A stretch of DNA of 64,000 nucleotides, from NCBI GenBank assembly GCA_012719135.1, contig JAAYAW010000003.1, positions 819 to 64,818 on the forward strand. Direction: 5' to 3'. Each line of letters starts with the position of its first letter. Within the stretch, counting starts at the first letter, position 1. Both the position numbers and the translations under genes were made by a program. Of this stretch, positions 36,280 to 45,879 are shown in pieces. This DNA comes from Chloroflexota bacterium (lineage in GTDB: Bacteria > Chloroflexota > Anaerolineae > UBA1429). The notes under the pieces are model-generated. The model worked only from the letters and a program-made list of their open reading frames with translations, made no database searches and had not been told where the DNA came from.

Positions 36280-37674
36280 TCAGGCATGGCGGAGCCCGCT
36301 GGCCGTCTCCACCCGCTGCTGGCCGTTGCCATAGAGCTCGGTCTTGATCTCTAGCACCTGGCGGCGCAGAGCGTCATCCTTCTCAAAGAGCGCCGCGATC
36401 TTTTCGATACCATAGAGCACCGTGGTGTGATCGCGATCGCCCAGTTCCCGGCCGATCTGGGGCAGAGACATGGGGGTAAGCTCGCGCACCAGATACATAG
36501 CCACCTGCCTCGCGAGAGCCACCGCCCGGTTGCGCTTGGGACCGACGATCTCCTCCATCGAGACGGCAAAGTAGCTGGCCACGCGGGCCACGATCTCGCC
36601 GGCCTCCAGTTGCCGGTGTGGCACGGATACTTCACCCAGGGCTCTCTGCGCGGTCTGGATGGTCAGCGGTTCCCCCAGGGCGCGCGCTGTGGCGATGACT
36701 CGGGTGAGGGCACCCTCCAGTTCGCGGATGTTGCTCTGCACCTGAGAGGCGATAAACTCGAGCAACTCCGGGGCCATCTGGAGCCCTCGTCCCTCGGCCT
36801 TGAGAGAGAGAATCGCAATGCGCGTCTCCAGATCCGGCGGCTGCACGTCGGTCGTCAGCCCCCACTCAAAGCGCGAACGCAGCCGTTCCTCCAGGCCCAC
36901 AAAGGCCTTGGGCGGGCGATCGCTGGAGAGAACGATCTGGCGGTTCCGCTGATACAGATCGTTAAAGGTGTGGAAGAACTCCTCCTGGGTGGCTTCCTTG
37001 TTAATCAGGAACTGCACGTCGTCCAGCAGGAGCACTTCGATCGAACGGTAGCGCGCCCGAAAATCCTCGGTGGTCCGGTTGCGGATTGCCAGGATAAGCT
37101 CGTTGGCAAAGGTCTCCGTTGACACATAGAGCGTCGACCGGCCGTCCTGGAGCGCACGGTTGCCGATGGCGTGCAGCAGGTGGGTCTTGCCAAGGCCTGC
37201 GCCGCCATAGACGAACAGAGGGTTGTAGGCCATGCCCGGGCTCTCGGCGACGGCCAGGCAACCCGCGTGGGCGAGACGGTTGGCTTGCCCGACCACAAAC
37301 GCGTCAAAGGTATAGCGCGCATTGACTTGGGAGGCCTCTCGCGCAGCATCCAGCGAGGGGACTTCGGTTTGGGAGAGTGGCCGGATATCCAGAAGGCCAT
37401 CGCCGCCCGCATCGGCATCCACCAGGGTGTTTCCCTGGACGACAAAGCGTACGGTGGTGGTGCGGTGCGCGATATCCGAGAGCGTCCGCTGTATCGTGCC
37501 GTATAACCTGTTCTCGAGCCAATCCTTGGCGTAGCCGGACCCAACGCCGACGACGAGAAGGCCATCTTCATAAGACAGACCCCGCGTGTGCTCCAACCAG
37601 GTCTCGTACACGGGGCGCGTGAGCTGCAACTGCAACTGACCGCGAGCGGTCTGCCAGAGTTGCTGAGCATCCAT
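36280..37674 (-). CDS. dnaA: Chromosomal replication initiator protein DnaA
   Basis: The AAA+ Walker A is GGAGLGKTHLLHAIGN and the box VII/sensor motifs are present. The C-terminal DNA-binding domain reads ALARQVAMYLVRELTPMSLPQIGRELGDRDHTTVLYGIEKI. I chose the start at ATG 37674; the ORF-track start at 37743 is probably too far upstream. Confidence 0.9.
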   Translation of the reverse strand: MDAQQLWQTARGQLQLQLTRPVYETWLEHTRGLSYEDGLLVVGVGSGYAKDWLENRLYGTIQRTLSDIAHRTTTVRFVVQGNTLVDADAGGDGLLDIRPLSQTEVPSLDAAREASQVNARYTFDAFVVGQANRLAHAGCLAVAESPGMAYNPLFVYGGAGLGKTHLLHAIGNRALQDGRSTLYVSTETFANELILAIRNRTTEDFRARYRSIEVLLLDDVQFLINKEATQEEFFHTFNDLYQRNRQIVLSSDRPPKAFVGLEERLRSRFEWGLTTDVQPPDLETRIAILSLKAEGRGLQMAPELLEFIASQVQSNIRELEGALTRVIATARALGEPLTIQTAQRALGEVSVPHRQLEAGEIVARVASYFAVSMEEIVGPKRNRAVALARQVAMYLVRELTPMSLPQIGRELGDRDHTTVLYGIEKIAALFEKDDALRRQVLEIKTELYGNGQQRVETASGLRHA

Positions 37675-38204
37675 AGGGCTGACTCCCTGAAATCGGAAAA
37701 GGAACCCAAAGACGAATAAAACAATATAGAAGCGTATCCACAAAGGAATACCGTATTAGGTTTGAGGCGCGAACAACCAAGGATCCATCTCTCTGGCAGT
37801 GGCGCAGGCCGGGCGGTCGGACTCGCGACCCCACGGGGCACCGGCGTGACAGCTAACGCGATCATCAGGCGGTGAACCGCGGGAGCACCTGGGCGGTGAG
37901 TAGAGGCCAGACCGGGTTCCACACCGTAGTGCCGGCATTGTACCATCCCGGCGGCGGTGCGCCAACCACGCGTCACGGGGCCTTACGCTTTGCGATCCGG
38001 CGTGGTCGGGCGACCACTATGGAGAGTAAGTGACTCTGTTGTTCTGCCTACCTGTTGTGGTGTCTTGAGCCGTCTCGGCGCCGTGCAATGGCCGGAAAAG
38101 CAGTAGAAGCTGCACAGAGATCCAGCGATGCAGCACAATGTGTTGCCTTGTGAGGCACGAGGAGGACGTGGGAGGCGCGGCCGCACACCGAAGGGCGCAA
38201 AGGT
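37675..38204. other. Candidate chromosomal replication origin (oriC)
   Basis: This is the non-coding region immediately upstream of dnaA, with infC-rpmI-rplT diverging from the other side. A locally AT-rich stretch at 37690-37760 sits in a roughly 67% GC context. DnaA-box-like 9-mers are present: GTATCCACA at 37732, GGATCCATC at 37781, GTTCCACAC at about 37915 and TGTGGTGTC at about 38064. Confidence 0.45.
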
Positions 38205-38233
38205 TTGACTGTCGCCGCTCCATGTGCTAGTAT
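38205..38233 (+). promoter_or_regulatory. Sigma70-like promoter TTGACT-17-TAGTAT (TG-extended) for the infC operon
   Basis: -35 TTGACT at 38205-10 and -10 TAGTAT at 38228-33, preceded by TGc. Confidence 0.5.
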
Positions 38234-38296
38234 AAGGCGATTTGAGCCGGCCTGTGTGGAGGGCCGGCAATCCGCGCCTACAGGGGGAATGACACT

Positions 38297-38839
38297 ATCA
38301 GTAGAAGAGAGCATCGGCTGAACACAGAGATTCGGGTACGCGAAGTGCGGCTGATCGACGAGAACGGAAAACAGCTCGGCATTTACCCGACCCGCGAGGC
38401 CTATAATGTAGCCATGGAGCGTGGGCTGGATTTGGTCGAGGTGTCGCCAGACGCCAGGCCACCGGTCTGCCGCTTGATGGACTATGGCAAGTTCATGTAT
38501 GAGCAGTCACGGCGGGAGCGTGAGGCCCGCAGGGTGCAAAAGCAGATCGAGATCAAAGAGATCCAGGTGCGCCCAAAGACTGCCGAGCATGACGTGGGGT
38601 TCAAGCTCGGTGCGGCACGCAAGTTCCTGCTGGAAGGCAACAAGATCCGCGTACGGGTGCGATTTCGCGGGCGCGAGATCACCCATGCCGATCTGGCTCT
38701 CGATCTGATGCGCCGTGTGGCCGAGGATCTGTCGGACGTGGCCACGGTGGAGCAGACGCCTCGGATGGAAGGCCGGTCGATGATCATGCTGCTCACGCCC
38801 TCGGTGAAGCAGCCCGAGAAGCAGGCTGAGCAGGCCTGA
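38297..38839 (+). CDS. infC: Translation initiation factor IF-3, probably starting at a non-AUG (AUC/AUU) codon
   Basis: HRLNTEIRVREVRLIDENGKQLGI is the conserved IF3 N-terminus and the C-domain follows. The frame is open from 38246 with no in-frame ATG before the conserved N-terminus. ATC at 38297 is preceded by AGGGGGA; ATT at 38330 and GTG at 38345 are alternatives. Confidence 0.8.
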   Translation: MSRREHRLNTEIRVREVRLIDENGKQLGIYPTREAYNVAMERGLDLVEVSPDARPPVCRLMDYGKFMYEQSRREREARRVQKQIEIKEIQVRPKTAEHDVGFKLGAARKFLLEGNKIRVRVRFRGREITHADLALDLMRRVAEDLSDVATVEQTPRMEGRSMIMLLTPSVKQPEKQAEQA

Positions 38840-38943
38840 ACAAAGCCAGCATTGCGCGACCCAGCGCCCCCGGAGGCTGTGGGCGTCCGGAGCGGTGGGT
38901 CGTGTTTTGCCGATAGAAGATTCTGAGCTTATGGGAGGTTCCA

Positions 38944-39156
38944 GTGCCGAAGATGAAGACCCACAAGGGCACCGCTAAGCGATTCAAGCTAACCGGTTCC
39001 GGCAAATTGATGCGTACCAGAAACGAAAAGCGCCACCTGCGCCGTAACCGTAGTGGCCGGTCCAAGCGGGCCGCTTGGACCATGGTCGAGGTTGAGCCCG
39101 CTGCCGAGCGCACGCGGGTGATGCGCTGCGCTCCGTATCTGGGAAAGCACAGCTAG
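38944..39156 (+). CDS. rpmI: 50S ribosomal protein L35
   Basis: MPKMKTHKGTAKRFKLTGSGKLMR is the canonical bL35 N-terminus. Confidence 0.9.
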   Translation: MPKMKTHKGTAKRFKLTGSGKLMRTRNEKRHLRRNRSGRSKRAAWTMVEVEPAAERTRVMRCAPYLGKHS

Positions 39157-39188
39157 CCGCGCCACCGAGTATTCAGAGGAAGTGAACT

Positions 39189-39548
39189 ATGCCTAGAGTC
39201 AAGCGTGGCGTGACGCAGTCAAACCGCCGCAAGAAGGTACTGAGCCAGACCAAGGGACAATATGGCAGCAAGAGCAAGTTGCTGCGCCGGGCCAACGAGG
39301 CGTTGCTCAAGTCGCTGTCCTACCAGACGCGGGACCGTCACAACCGCAAGCGCGATATGCGCCGTCTGTGGATCCAGCGCATCAATGCCGGCGCCCGGCT
39401 CAATGGGGTCAGCTACAGCCGGTTCGTGAACGGCCTGCGGGCTGCCAATATCGAAGTGAATCGCAAGATGCTGGCCGATCTGGCCGTGCAGGATCCGGCC
39501 GGATTTACCCGGCTTGTCGAGGTATCCCAGCAGGCACTGACCGTCTAG
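39189..39548 (+). CDS. rplT: 50S ribosomal protein L20
   Basis: MPRVKRGVTQSNRRKKVL...RLWIQRINAGAR is the canonical bL20 sequence. Confidence 0.9.
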   Translation: MPRVKRGVTQSNRRKKVLSQTKGQYGSKSKLLRRANEALLKSLSYQTRDRHNRKRDMRRLWIQRINAGARLNGVSYSRFVNGLRAANIEVNRKMLADLAVQDPAGFTRLVEVSQQALTV

Positions 39549-39571
39549 TCGCGAGTGGGCGGAGGTAAGGC

Positions 39572-40378
39572 ATGCCCGTTGTGGGCGCGATCACCAGCCT
39601 CCATAACCCGCAGATCCGTGCGATCGCACGACTGAAAAGCAAAAAGCGGGACCGGTACCGCGAGCAGCGTTTCCTTGGGGAGGGCCAACGCCTGATCCGC
39701 CATGCGCTCACTCGTGGTCATCGGCCCGCTTTTGCCTTTTACACCGCCGATTACGCGGCCGGCGTGGAAGGGGCAGCGCTGGTGAGCGATCTGCTCGGTG
39801 AGGGGGTCCCTCTCTGGGAGGTCACGCCGGACGTGATGGCGGCGCTGGCCGATACACTCACGCCACAGGGGATCGTCGCGGTGTTCCCGATGCCGGCTGC
39901 GCGCACGGAGCAGGCGCAAACGGCCCGGCTGCTGCTGATTCTGGATGCGCTGCGCACCCCAGGTAACGTGGGCACCATTCTGCGCACGGCGCAGGCTACC
40001 GGCGTGAATGCCGTGATTTGCGCGCCCGGCACGGTGGATCCCTTCAGTCCCAAGGTGGTGCGCAGCGGCATGGGCGCGCACTTTGATCTGCCGCTGCTGG
40101 TCGATGTCCAGTGGGAGTCGATTGCCGCCCTGGTGGAAGGCCGGCACGTCTGGGCAGCCACCGCCGAGGGCCAGACGCTGCTGTGGGAAGCTGACCTCTC
40201 CGGCTGTATTGCGCTGGTCATCGGGAGCGAGGCCCATGGTCTGGGGCCCGAGGCGCGTGCTCTGGCGCAGGCCTTCATCCGCATCCCCATGGTGGAGACC
40301 GCCGAGTCACTCAACGCCGCTGTCGCGGCCTCCGCACTGCTCTTTGAAGCCCAGCGGCAACGCTGGCAGCAAGGCTAA
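39572..40378 (+). CDS. TrmH/SpoU-family RNA 2'-O-methyltransferase (RlmB-like)
   Basis: LLLILDALRTPGNVGTILRTA, LVIGSEAHGL and ESLNAAVAASALL are SPOUT motifs. Confidence 0.8.
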   Translation: MPVVGAITSLHNPQIRAIARLKSKKRDRYREQRFLGEGQRLIRHALTRGHRPAFAFYTADYAAGVEGAALVSDLLGEGVPLWEVTPDVMAALADTLTPQGIVAVFPMPAARTEQAQTARLLLILDALRTPGNVGTILRTAQATGVNAVICAPGTVDPFSPKVVRSGMGAHFDLPLLVDVQWESIAALVEGRHVWAATAEGQTLLWEADLSGCIALVIGSEAHGLGPEARALAQAFIRIPMVETAESLNAAVAASALLFEAQRQRWQQG

Positions 40379-40866
40379 GCTGTCCTCAACAGTTCGATCA
40401 CCATACTCAGAGCGCGCCGGGCGGAGCTGAGCTTGTTGATCTCCCGGTTGTGAGGCCAGATGTGGTGTTCCACGCCCTCTCCCAGCGGGCTGCTCAATCC
40501 GATATACACCGTACCCACCGGCTTGCCGGCGGTCGCCCCGGTGGGGCCAGCGATGCCCGTGACGCTGAGGCCGATCTCGGTGTTCATCATGTCCCGGATG
40601 GACCGGGCCATCGTGCGGGCAACGGGCGCGCTCACCGCGCCGTGAGCCGCGAGATCGGCAGGGCTGACACCCAGCATCCCCTCCTTCACCTCGTTGGCAT
40701 AGGCGATCACACCACCGGGATAGTACGCCGAGCTTCCCGATACCTCAGTGATCAGGTGGCCGATCAGCCCTCCGGTGCAGGATTCGGCGGTGGCCAGTCG
40801 CCAGCCTCTCTCAATGAGCAAGCGGCCCACTTCACTGGCGCGCTCCATGTCCTCACGTCCTGTCAA
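40375..40866 (-). CDS. CinA C-terminal domain protein (nicotinamide-nucleotide amidohydrolase PncC family)
   Basis: LATAESCTGGLIGHLITEVSGSS is a CinA_C hallmark. Its 3' end overlaps the trmH-like stop. Confidence 0.8.
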   Translation of the reverse strand: MTGREDMERASEVGRLLIERGWRLATAESCTGGLIGHLITEVSGSSAYYPGGVIAYANEVKEGMLGVSPADLAAHGAVSAPVARTMARSIRDMMNTEIGLSVTGIAGPTGATAGKPVGTVYIGLSSPLGEGVEHHIWPHNREINKLSSARRALSMVIELLRTA

Positions 40867-40937
40867 CGGACCTCCTCATACGACGGAATCGGCAACGAGT
40901 ATACCATCGCTCCGCATCCGAGCAGCAGGGGACGGCG

Positions 40938-41909
40938 TCAGCGCAGGGGTTCCAGCAGGGCCCCGATCTCGGCCATTTGGCCGGCGTCCAGGCGCCACTC
41001 GGCTGCCCGGGCGTTGGCTGTGATCTGATCGGGCGTGCTGGCGCCCGTGATGACGCAGGGGATTTCTGCGTGGGCCAAGAGCCAGGCAATCGCGAGTTCC
41101 GCCAGGGTGTGGCCACGCGTTCCGGCCCAGGCATCCAGGCGCCTCAGAACAGCATAGCCTTCGGCTGTGGCGTAGCGCGCCAGATAGCGCCGCGTGCGAT
41201 CAAAGGCGGCTGCCCGGCTGCCGGCCGGCGGGGCGCTTCCTTCCGGATACCGGCCGGCCAACAGCCCGTTGGCCAGCGGAAAGTAGGGCAGCAGCCCGAC
41301 GCGCATCTCCCGGCAGAATGGCAACAACTCGCTCTCGGCCTCGCGCTCCAGCAGGTTGTAGTGTGCCTGTGTGGTTACCAGAGGGGCCCAGCCATGCCAC
41401 TGAGCCAGGTCGTTGCAGTGGCAGATCTGCCAGGCGGCATAGTTCGAGGCTCCCACATAGCGGACCTTTCCAGAGGAGACCATGTCGTCCAGCGTTCGCA
41501 TGGTTTCCTCTGGGGACGTGGTGAGGTCGTAGCGGTGGATCTGATAGAGATCGATGTGGTCGGTTCGTAGCCGTCGCAGGCTCCCCTCCAGGGCTTGCAT
41601 CAGGTGCCCCCGGGATGCGCCCCAATCGTTGGGCCCCGGGCCCGTGGCTTGGCAGCCCTTGGACCCCAGCACCACGCGGTGCCGGATCCCCTCCAGGCAG
41701 TCGCCGAGGAACTCCTCCGAGGCGGACGTGCCGCGGTACCAGGTGCCGTAGATGTCCGCCGTATCGATGTAGGTGATGCCGGCATCCAGCGCGGCCCACA
41801 CGATCCGGGATGCCTCCGGCCGGTCGACGCGGCCGCCCCACTGGCCCCCCGTACCGAGGCCGACCTCGGAAACGCGTATCCCGGCTCGCCCCAGTTGTCT
41901 CTGCTCCAT
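40938..41909 (-). CDS. Aldo/keto reductase
   Basis: AKR motifs are present (DTADIYG, HRYD and others). I chose the start at ATG 41909 with GGGAGG RBS. Confidence 0.85.
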   Translation of the reverse strand: MEQRQLGRAGIRVSEVGLGTGGQWGGRVDRPEASRIVWAALDAGITYIDTADIYGTWYRGTSASEEFLGDCLEGIRHRVVLGSKGCQATGPGPNDWGASRGHLMQALEGSLRRLRTDHIDLYQIHRYDLTTSPEETMRTLDDMVSSGKVRYVGASNYAAWQICHCNDLAQWHGWAPLVTTQAHYNLLEREAESELLPFCREMRVGLLPYFPLANGLLAGRYPEGSAPPAGSRAAAFDRTRRYLARYATAEGYAVLRRLDAWAGTRGHTLAELAIAWLLAHAEIPCVITGASTPDQITANARAAEWRLDAGQMAEIGALLEPLR

Positions 41910-42043
41910 CCTGCACCTCCCTGGATGAAGCGGATCGTATCGCCGTAGGGAGGCGCCGTCAATGGAGCGCGGCACGCTTGAGAAGCCGCTACGGCTCTGC
42001 TACACTCTTGCCTGAGGGCGTACGCGTACACAAGGACGGCCGC

Positions 42044-43114
42044 ATGAGCCCAACGGAATCGATCGCCAGCCCGTATGTCGCCGCGCGAGCGCAGGCCATT
42101 GCCGCCTATCTGCGCGCCTGGGCCTACGAGGTGCTTGCGGAGGCGCCGCCCACTCACCCGGCCCTCCCGCCGCGCCTCGCCTATGTCGATCTCTATGGCG
42201 GCGCCAGCCGCCGGGCGGCCAATAGCCGGGCCGTCCTCGCGGCTGTGGCGAGCACAGCGGGCGAGGATCCCATCCTGCGGTCAGAGCTGGGCCTCATCGT
42301 GCATACGCCCGGGCCGCAGGATCCCGACATCGACGCTGCCGTGCGTTCGGCGCTGGAACCCTCGGAGGGGCTTATCCACCGGACAGAGTTCATCGGCCAG
42401 CACCCCTGGGCGCGAATCGATTCCCGCCTGGACGCGATACGCCCCCTCGCCACGGTGGCCCATGTGGATCCGGGAGGCTACGCCGGGCTCGGCGCCGGCG
42501 ACGTCTGGCGGTGCCTTCGCCGCCCTCAGGTCGAGCTGTTTCTGACCCTGCGCTATCCTCTCATCAACATGGGCGCTTCCAACCCGGGTGTTGCCCGTCA
42601 CCTGGATGCCTTCTGGGGAGAGCGTCGTGCGTCGAGCCTGCGCACGGCGCTGTACGGCCTCAGCCCTCAGGCGCGCCTGGAGCGGATCACGGAGGCCTGC
42701 ATCGACCGCCTGCGAGAGCGAGGAGCCGAGCACGTGCTCGTCTTCCGGCTGAGCGATGGGCACCGCTGCCAGGAGCTCCTGCTGCACGCCAGCCGCGAGT
42801 TGGCTCCCTACACCCGGGCCAAGGAGGTGCTGGCGCGCCATTCCACGGGCGAAAACCAGGGCGTGCCGGATTATTCCTGGGATCCGGTCGCAGCACGGTA
42901 CGACCACAGCCTGCCGATCACCCGTGCTCTCGATGCGCTGGCCGATGAGCTGGGGCGCACACTGGCCAACCAGGTGGTCACGCCGGAGGAGGTCCATCGC
43001 CGGCACCATGTGGGGCGCCCGTATGTGCTCCAGAACTACCGGGACGCTCTGGAGCAGTTGGCGGCCCAGGGGCGGGCCCTCCGGCTGGGTGCGCGCCTGC
43101 GCATTCTACGCTGA
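42044..43114 (+). CDS. Hypothetical protein (about 357 aa)
   Basis: The ORF has good coding potential and is preceded by an AAGGA RBS. I could assign no family by eye. Confidence 0.5.
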   Translation: MSPTESIASPYVAARAQAIAAYLRAWAYEVLAEAPPTHPALPPRLAYVDLYGGASRRAANSRAVLAAVASTAGEDPILRSELGLIVHTPGPQDPDIDAAVRSALEPSEGLIHRTEFIGQHPWARIDSRLDAIRPLATVAHVDPGGYAGLGAGDVWRCLRRPQVELFLTLRYPLINMGASNPGVARHLDAFWGERRASSLRTALYGLSPQARLERITEACIDRLRERGAEHVLVFRLSDGHRCQELLLHASRELAPYTRAKEVLARHSTGENQGVPDYSWDPVAARYDHSLPITRALDALADELGRTLANQVVTPEEVHRRHHVGRPYVLQNYRDALEQLAAQGRALRLGARLRILR

Positions 43115-43116
43115 CC

Positions 43117-45720
43117 TCAGTCCGAGTACAGCGTGAGGCTCTCGCCCTCGGAGAGCGCCACGGGCTCATCCCAGCGCACCCGGGTCTCCTCGCCCACGAT
43201 CTCGACCTGGATCGAGATCTCCCGTTCGCCGGCGCGGCCTCGCGAGAGGGGGCGGGCGAGCGGCCCCAGGTTCAGCCCGTTCAGCGTGATGTGCCCGTAT
43301 TCCACGTGCAGGCTCAGCCGCACGCCATCCCCCATATGCTGCTCGTAGGCGCCCCAGGCCCCCTCGGCGGACCAGAAGCAGCGGAAAGCCTCTAGCGAAA
43401 GCCTTGGAGCAAAGCCCAGCGTCCCGGCGACCAGGTCGTAGCTGTACCCGGAAAGGGCGGTGAGGAGCGACCAGGAGGCCATGGAGCGGGCATAGTGGCT
43501 GCCGCATTCGAACTCGTTCCACGGGTTTCGCCGGCGCCCGTCGTGGCGGTTGCGCGTCCCCAGCACAATCGCCAGCCCGCGCTCCACCTCTCCCTCATAG
43601 ATCAGGTGGGCAGCCACCTGGTACTCTATGCCGCACCATACTTCGTCCGAGTAGACAAAGGGGAGTACTGGGCGCCCGCCCCGTGGCCACGAACAGATCA
43701 ACAGCCCCTGCTCATCGTTGAGGGCGTAGATGCGCTGCGGATTGGCGTGCTCCCACAGATCCGAGCGCCAGTTGTGCTCAAAGATAGCCTTGAGAGCCGT
43801 GCGAACGTGGTCCGGCTCCAGCACGTATCCGAGGCCGACGAGGTGAGCGAACCACTGCCCGATCAGGTGATCGGAGAGGCAGCCATCGGCATACTGGTAT
43901 TTGCGCGCCATCTCAGGCTCGCACTGTTGGATATAGTACTCCCCGTTGAACAGTGTGGCTTCCGTGCGGGCGCGCCCCGATTCGTATACGCGCCGGTATA
44001 GGGCGGCGGACTCGTCGTCCCCGAGGTGCCGCGCCATCTCTTCGGCCGCGCGCAGCGCGCCGAGGTAAAAGGTCCCCATCATGGTGTTCGCGCCATAGAA
44101 CTCGATGTCATAGGTGTTGTGCTGGATCCCGGTCATGACGCCGTCACCATCCGGGTCCCACTGGGACCAGGCGTATTCCAGAGCGCGCTTGGCACAGGGC
44201 CAGAGCTCTCGCAGGTAGGCGTCATCGCCGCAGAGTTTCCAATCCCGGTACAGCTTGAGCAGGCCGCCCATCTGGCCGTCAGCGGCGGGGTGGAACGTCG
44301 CGGGCGGGCTGCCCAACGGCAGTTGCAGCCGGAACCCCATGGATCCATCGGTATTTAGGTTGTAGCGATAGTCCGCCCGGCGCATGGAGCGCTCCAGCGC
44401 CGGAAAGAGGAACGCCTGGGTCTGGGCATAGTTCCAGACGTGCGTACAGGTTCCCTCGCAGCAGCCGGCATTGCCGTGGCAGCCCTCAAAGCCGTATAAA
44501 GTTCCATCGGGAAGGCGCAGGACGGTGGGAGAGTGCAGGATCGATGCCTGGCTGGAGATGGCATCCAGCACCACGGCCGGCAGGGTGGAGGAGAAGAGCG
44601 TGTCATGAAAGCGACGCGTGTCCCGGTACAGCCGCTCCCTGTGGAGGGCCCAGTAGCGCGCCACCGCCAGGGCATCCGGCCAGAGCGTCGCATAGTGATT
44701 GAGCCAGGTCGGTGCCTCGTCCTCGCGCAGGTCGGCCGCTTCACCCCAGTACTTGACGTAATTCGGTAGGTGCCAGGCGATCACAAAGGGGATCAGCGTG
44801 CTCTCTCCGGGCTCCAGCCTCTGGCGTACGCCCAGCGTGCCCACGTCGGTTTGGCCCTCCGGCGAGGGGGGATAGGCGCGCGGAGCCAGTTGGCCGTCAC
44901 GCGAAAAGTGATCCCAGTAGTCATGGAACATGTCATACCAATCGCCGCGCAGCCAGGCGGCCTGGCACCAGGCGCCCGTCGCCGGCGTGGCCAGAGCCAG
45001 AGAGCCGTAGCGGGGATGGCCCGGCCGATAGCGCTGGCTGGTCAGGCTCAGGGCCATCAGGGAACCATCCTGCACCAGGGTGTTGAGGTTCTGCCCGCGC
45101 CCCTCGCGCAGCCGGCGGCCGCTCAGCGAGCCCTTGTGATCATAGCCCAGCGGGTTGGCCAGGTTCCCGGCCACAGAGATCTCCACGGGCCTTTCGCTCG
45201 TATTGTGGAGGTGGTACTGCAGCACCGCCACGGGCAGGCTGGAGTCGTCGGCATTGGTTGGGATGAACGGGCTGTACGCCTCCAGTGTGACCTCAACCGG
45301 CATCTGCGGATCCTCAAAGCGAACCCACGCCAGCGGGAACTCGCCGCGAAAGGTGACGGAATGCATGTGGGGCAGGCCGGTTCCATGCTCGCGATCCACG
45401 CCGAACCCGATGCCGCTGTACTCCCCCCAGCCGGAACCGTCATAGGGCGGCTCCGGCGGCGCTTCCAGCACCCGGGTAACGGGCTCGCAGCCCTCCGCGC
45501 GTGCCCAGAGGGCGAAGAAAGCATAGGGCACGGCCATGCCTTTATTGGGACGGTTAAAGATCTCCCAATCTACCAGCGCACCGCGTCCCGAAAGCGAGAC
45601 GCAACCCGCTCCGACGCCACCGAGGGGAAAGGCTATGCGGCTCAGACGATCACCGCGATAGGTGAGCGCCTCTGCCCGGCGGTAGAGAGCCTCTTTGGGA
45701 AAGAAGGATGCCACGGCCAT
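43117..45720 (-). CDS. GH116 glycoside hydrolase (GBA2-type non-lysosomal glucosylceramidase / beta-glucosidase family)
   Basis: The N-terminal DUF608-like domain reads AFPLGGVGAGCVSLSGRGALVDWEIFNRPNK. An (alpha/alpha)6 catalytic domain follows. I chose the start at ATG 45720, preceded by GGGAGGAG. The ORF-track extension to 46488 is an artefact that overlaps the next gene's region. Confidence 0.7.
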   Translation of the reverse strand: MAVASFFPKEALYRRAEALTYRGDRLSRIAFPLGGVGAGCVSLSGRGALVDWEIFNRPNKGMAVPYAFFALWARAEGCEPVTRVLEAPPEPPYDGSGWGEYSGIGFGVDREHGTGLPHMHSVTFRGEFPLAWVRFEDPQMPVEVTLEAYSPFIPTNADDSSLPVAVLQYHLHNTSERPVEISVAGNLANPLGYDHKGSLSGRRLREGRGQNLNTLVQDGSLMALSLTSQRYRPGHPRYGSLALATPATGAWCQAAWLRGDWYDMFHDYWDHFSRDGQLAPRAYPPSPEGQTDVGTLGVRQRLEPGESTLIPFVIAWHLPNYVKYWGEAADLREDEAPTWLNHYATLWPDALAVARYWALHRERLYRDTRRFHDTLFSSTLPAVVLDAISSQASILHSPTVLRLPDGTLYGFEGCHGNAGCCEGTCTHVWNYAQTQAFLFPALERSMRRADYRYNLNTDGSMGFRLQLPLGSPPATFHPAADGQMGGLLKLYRDWKLCGDDAYLRELWPCAKRALEYAWSQWDPDGDGVMTGIQHNTYDIEFYGANTMMGTFYLGALRAAEEMARHLGDDESAALYRRVYESGRARTEATLFNGEYYIQQCEPEMARKYQYADGCLSDHLIGQWFAHLVGLGYVLEPDHVRTALKAIFEHNWRSDLWEHANPQRIYALNDEQGLLICSWPRGGRPVLPFVYSDEVWCGIEYQVAAHLIYEGEVERGLAIVLGTRNRHDGRRRNPWNEFECGSHYARSMASWSLLTALSGYSYDLVAGTLGFAPRLSLEAFRCFWSAEGAWGAYEQHMGDGVRLSLHVEYGHITLNGLNLGPLARPLSRGRAGEREISIQVEIVGEETRVRWDEPVALSEGESLTLYSD

Positions 45721-45879
45721 GTCTCCTCCCTTGTGTCGGCGCCAACTCGAGCGGACCGCGCTCATCATGTCGCCAGCCCGGGGCAGTGTCAAGAGGTTTG
45801 GCGCAGTGGCGTGCTGGAGTAGAATGAATGGATTCCGCACGCAACGTTGGCATCCGGGGCTCACCACAGGAGGTGACGT

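Noticed and set aside
36427-37122. 231-aa + ORF inside dnaA
   Set aside because: It is antisense to the clearly conserved DnaA AAA+ domain.
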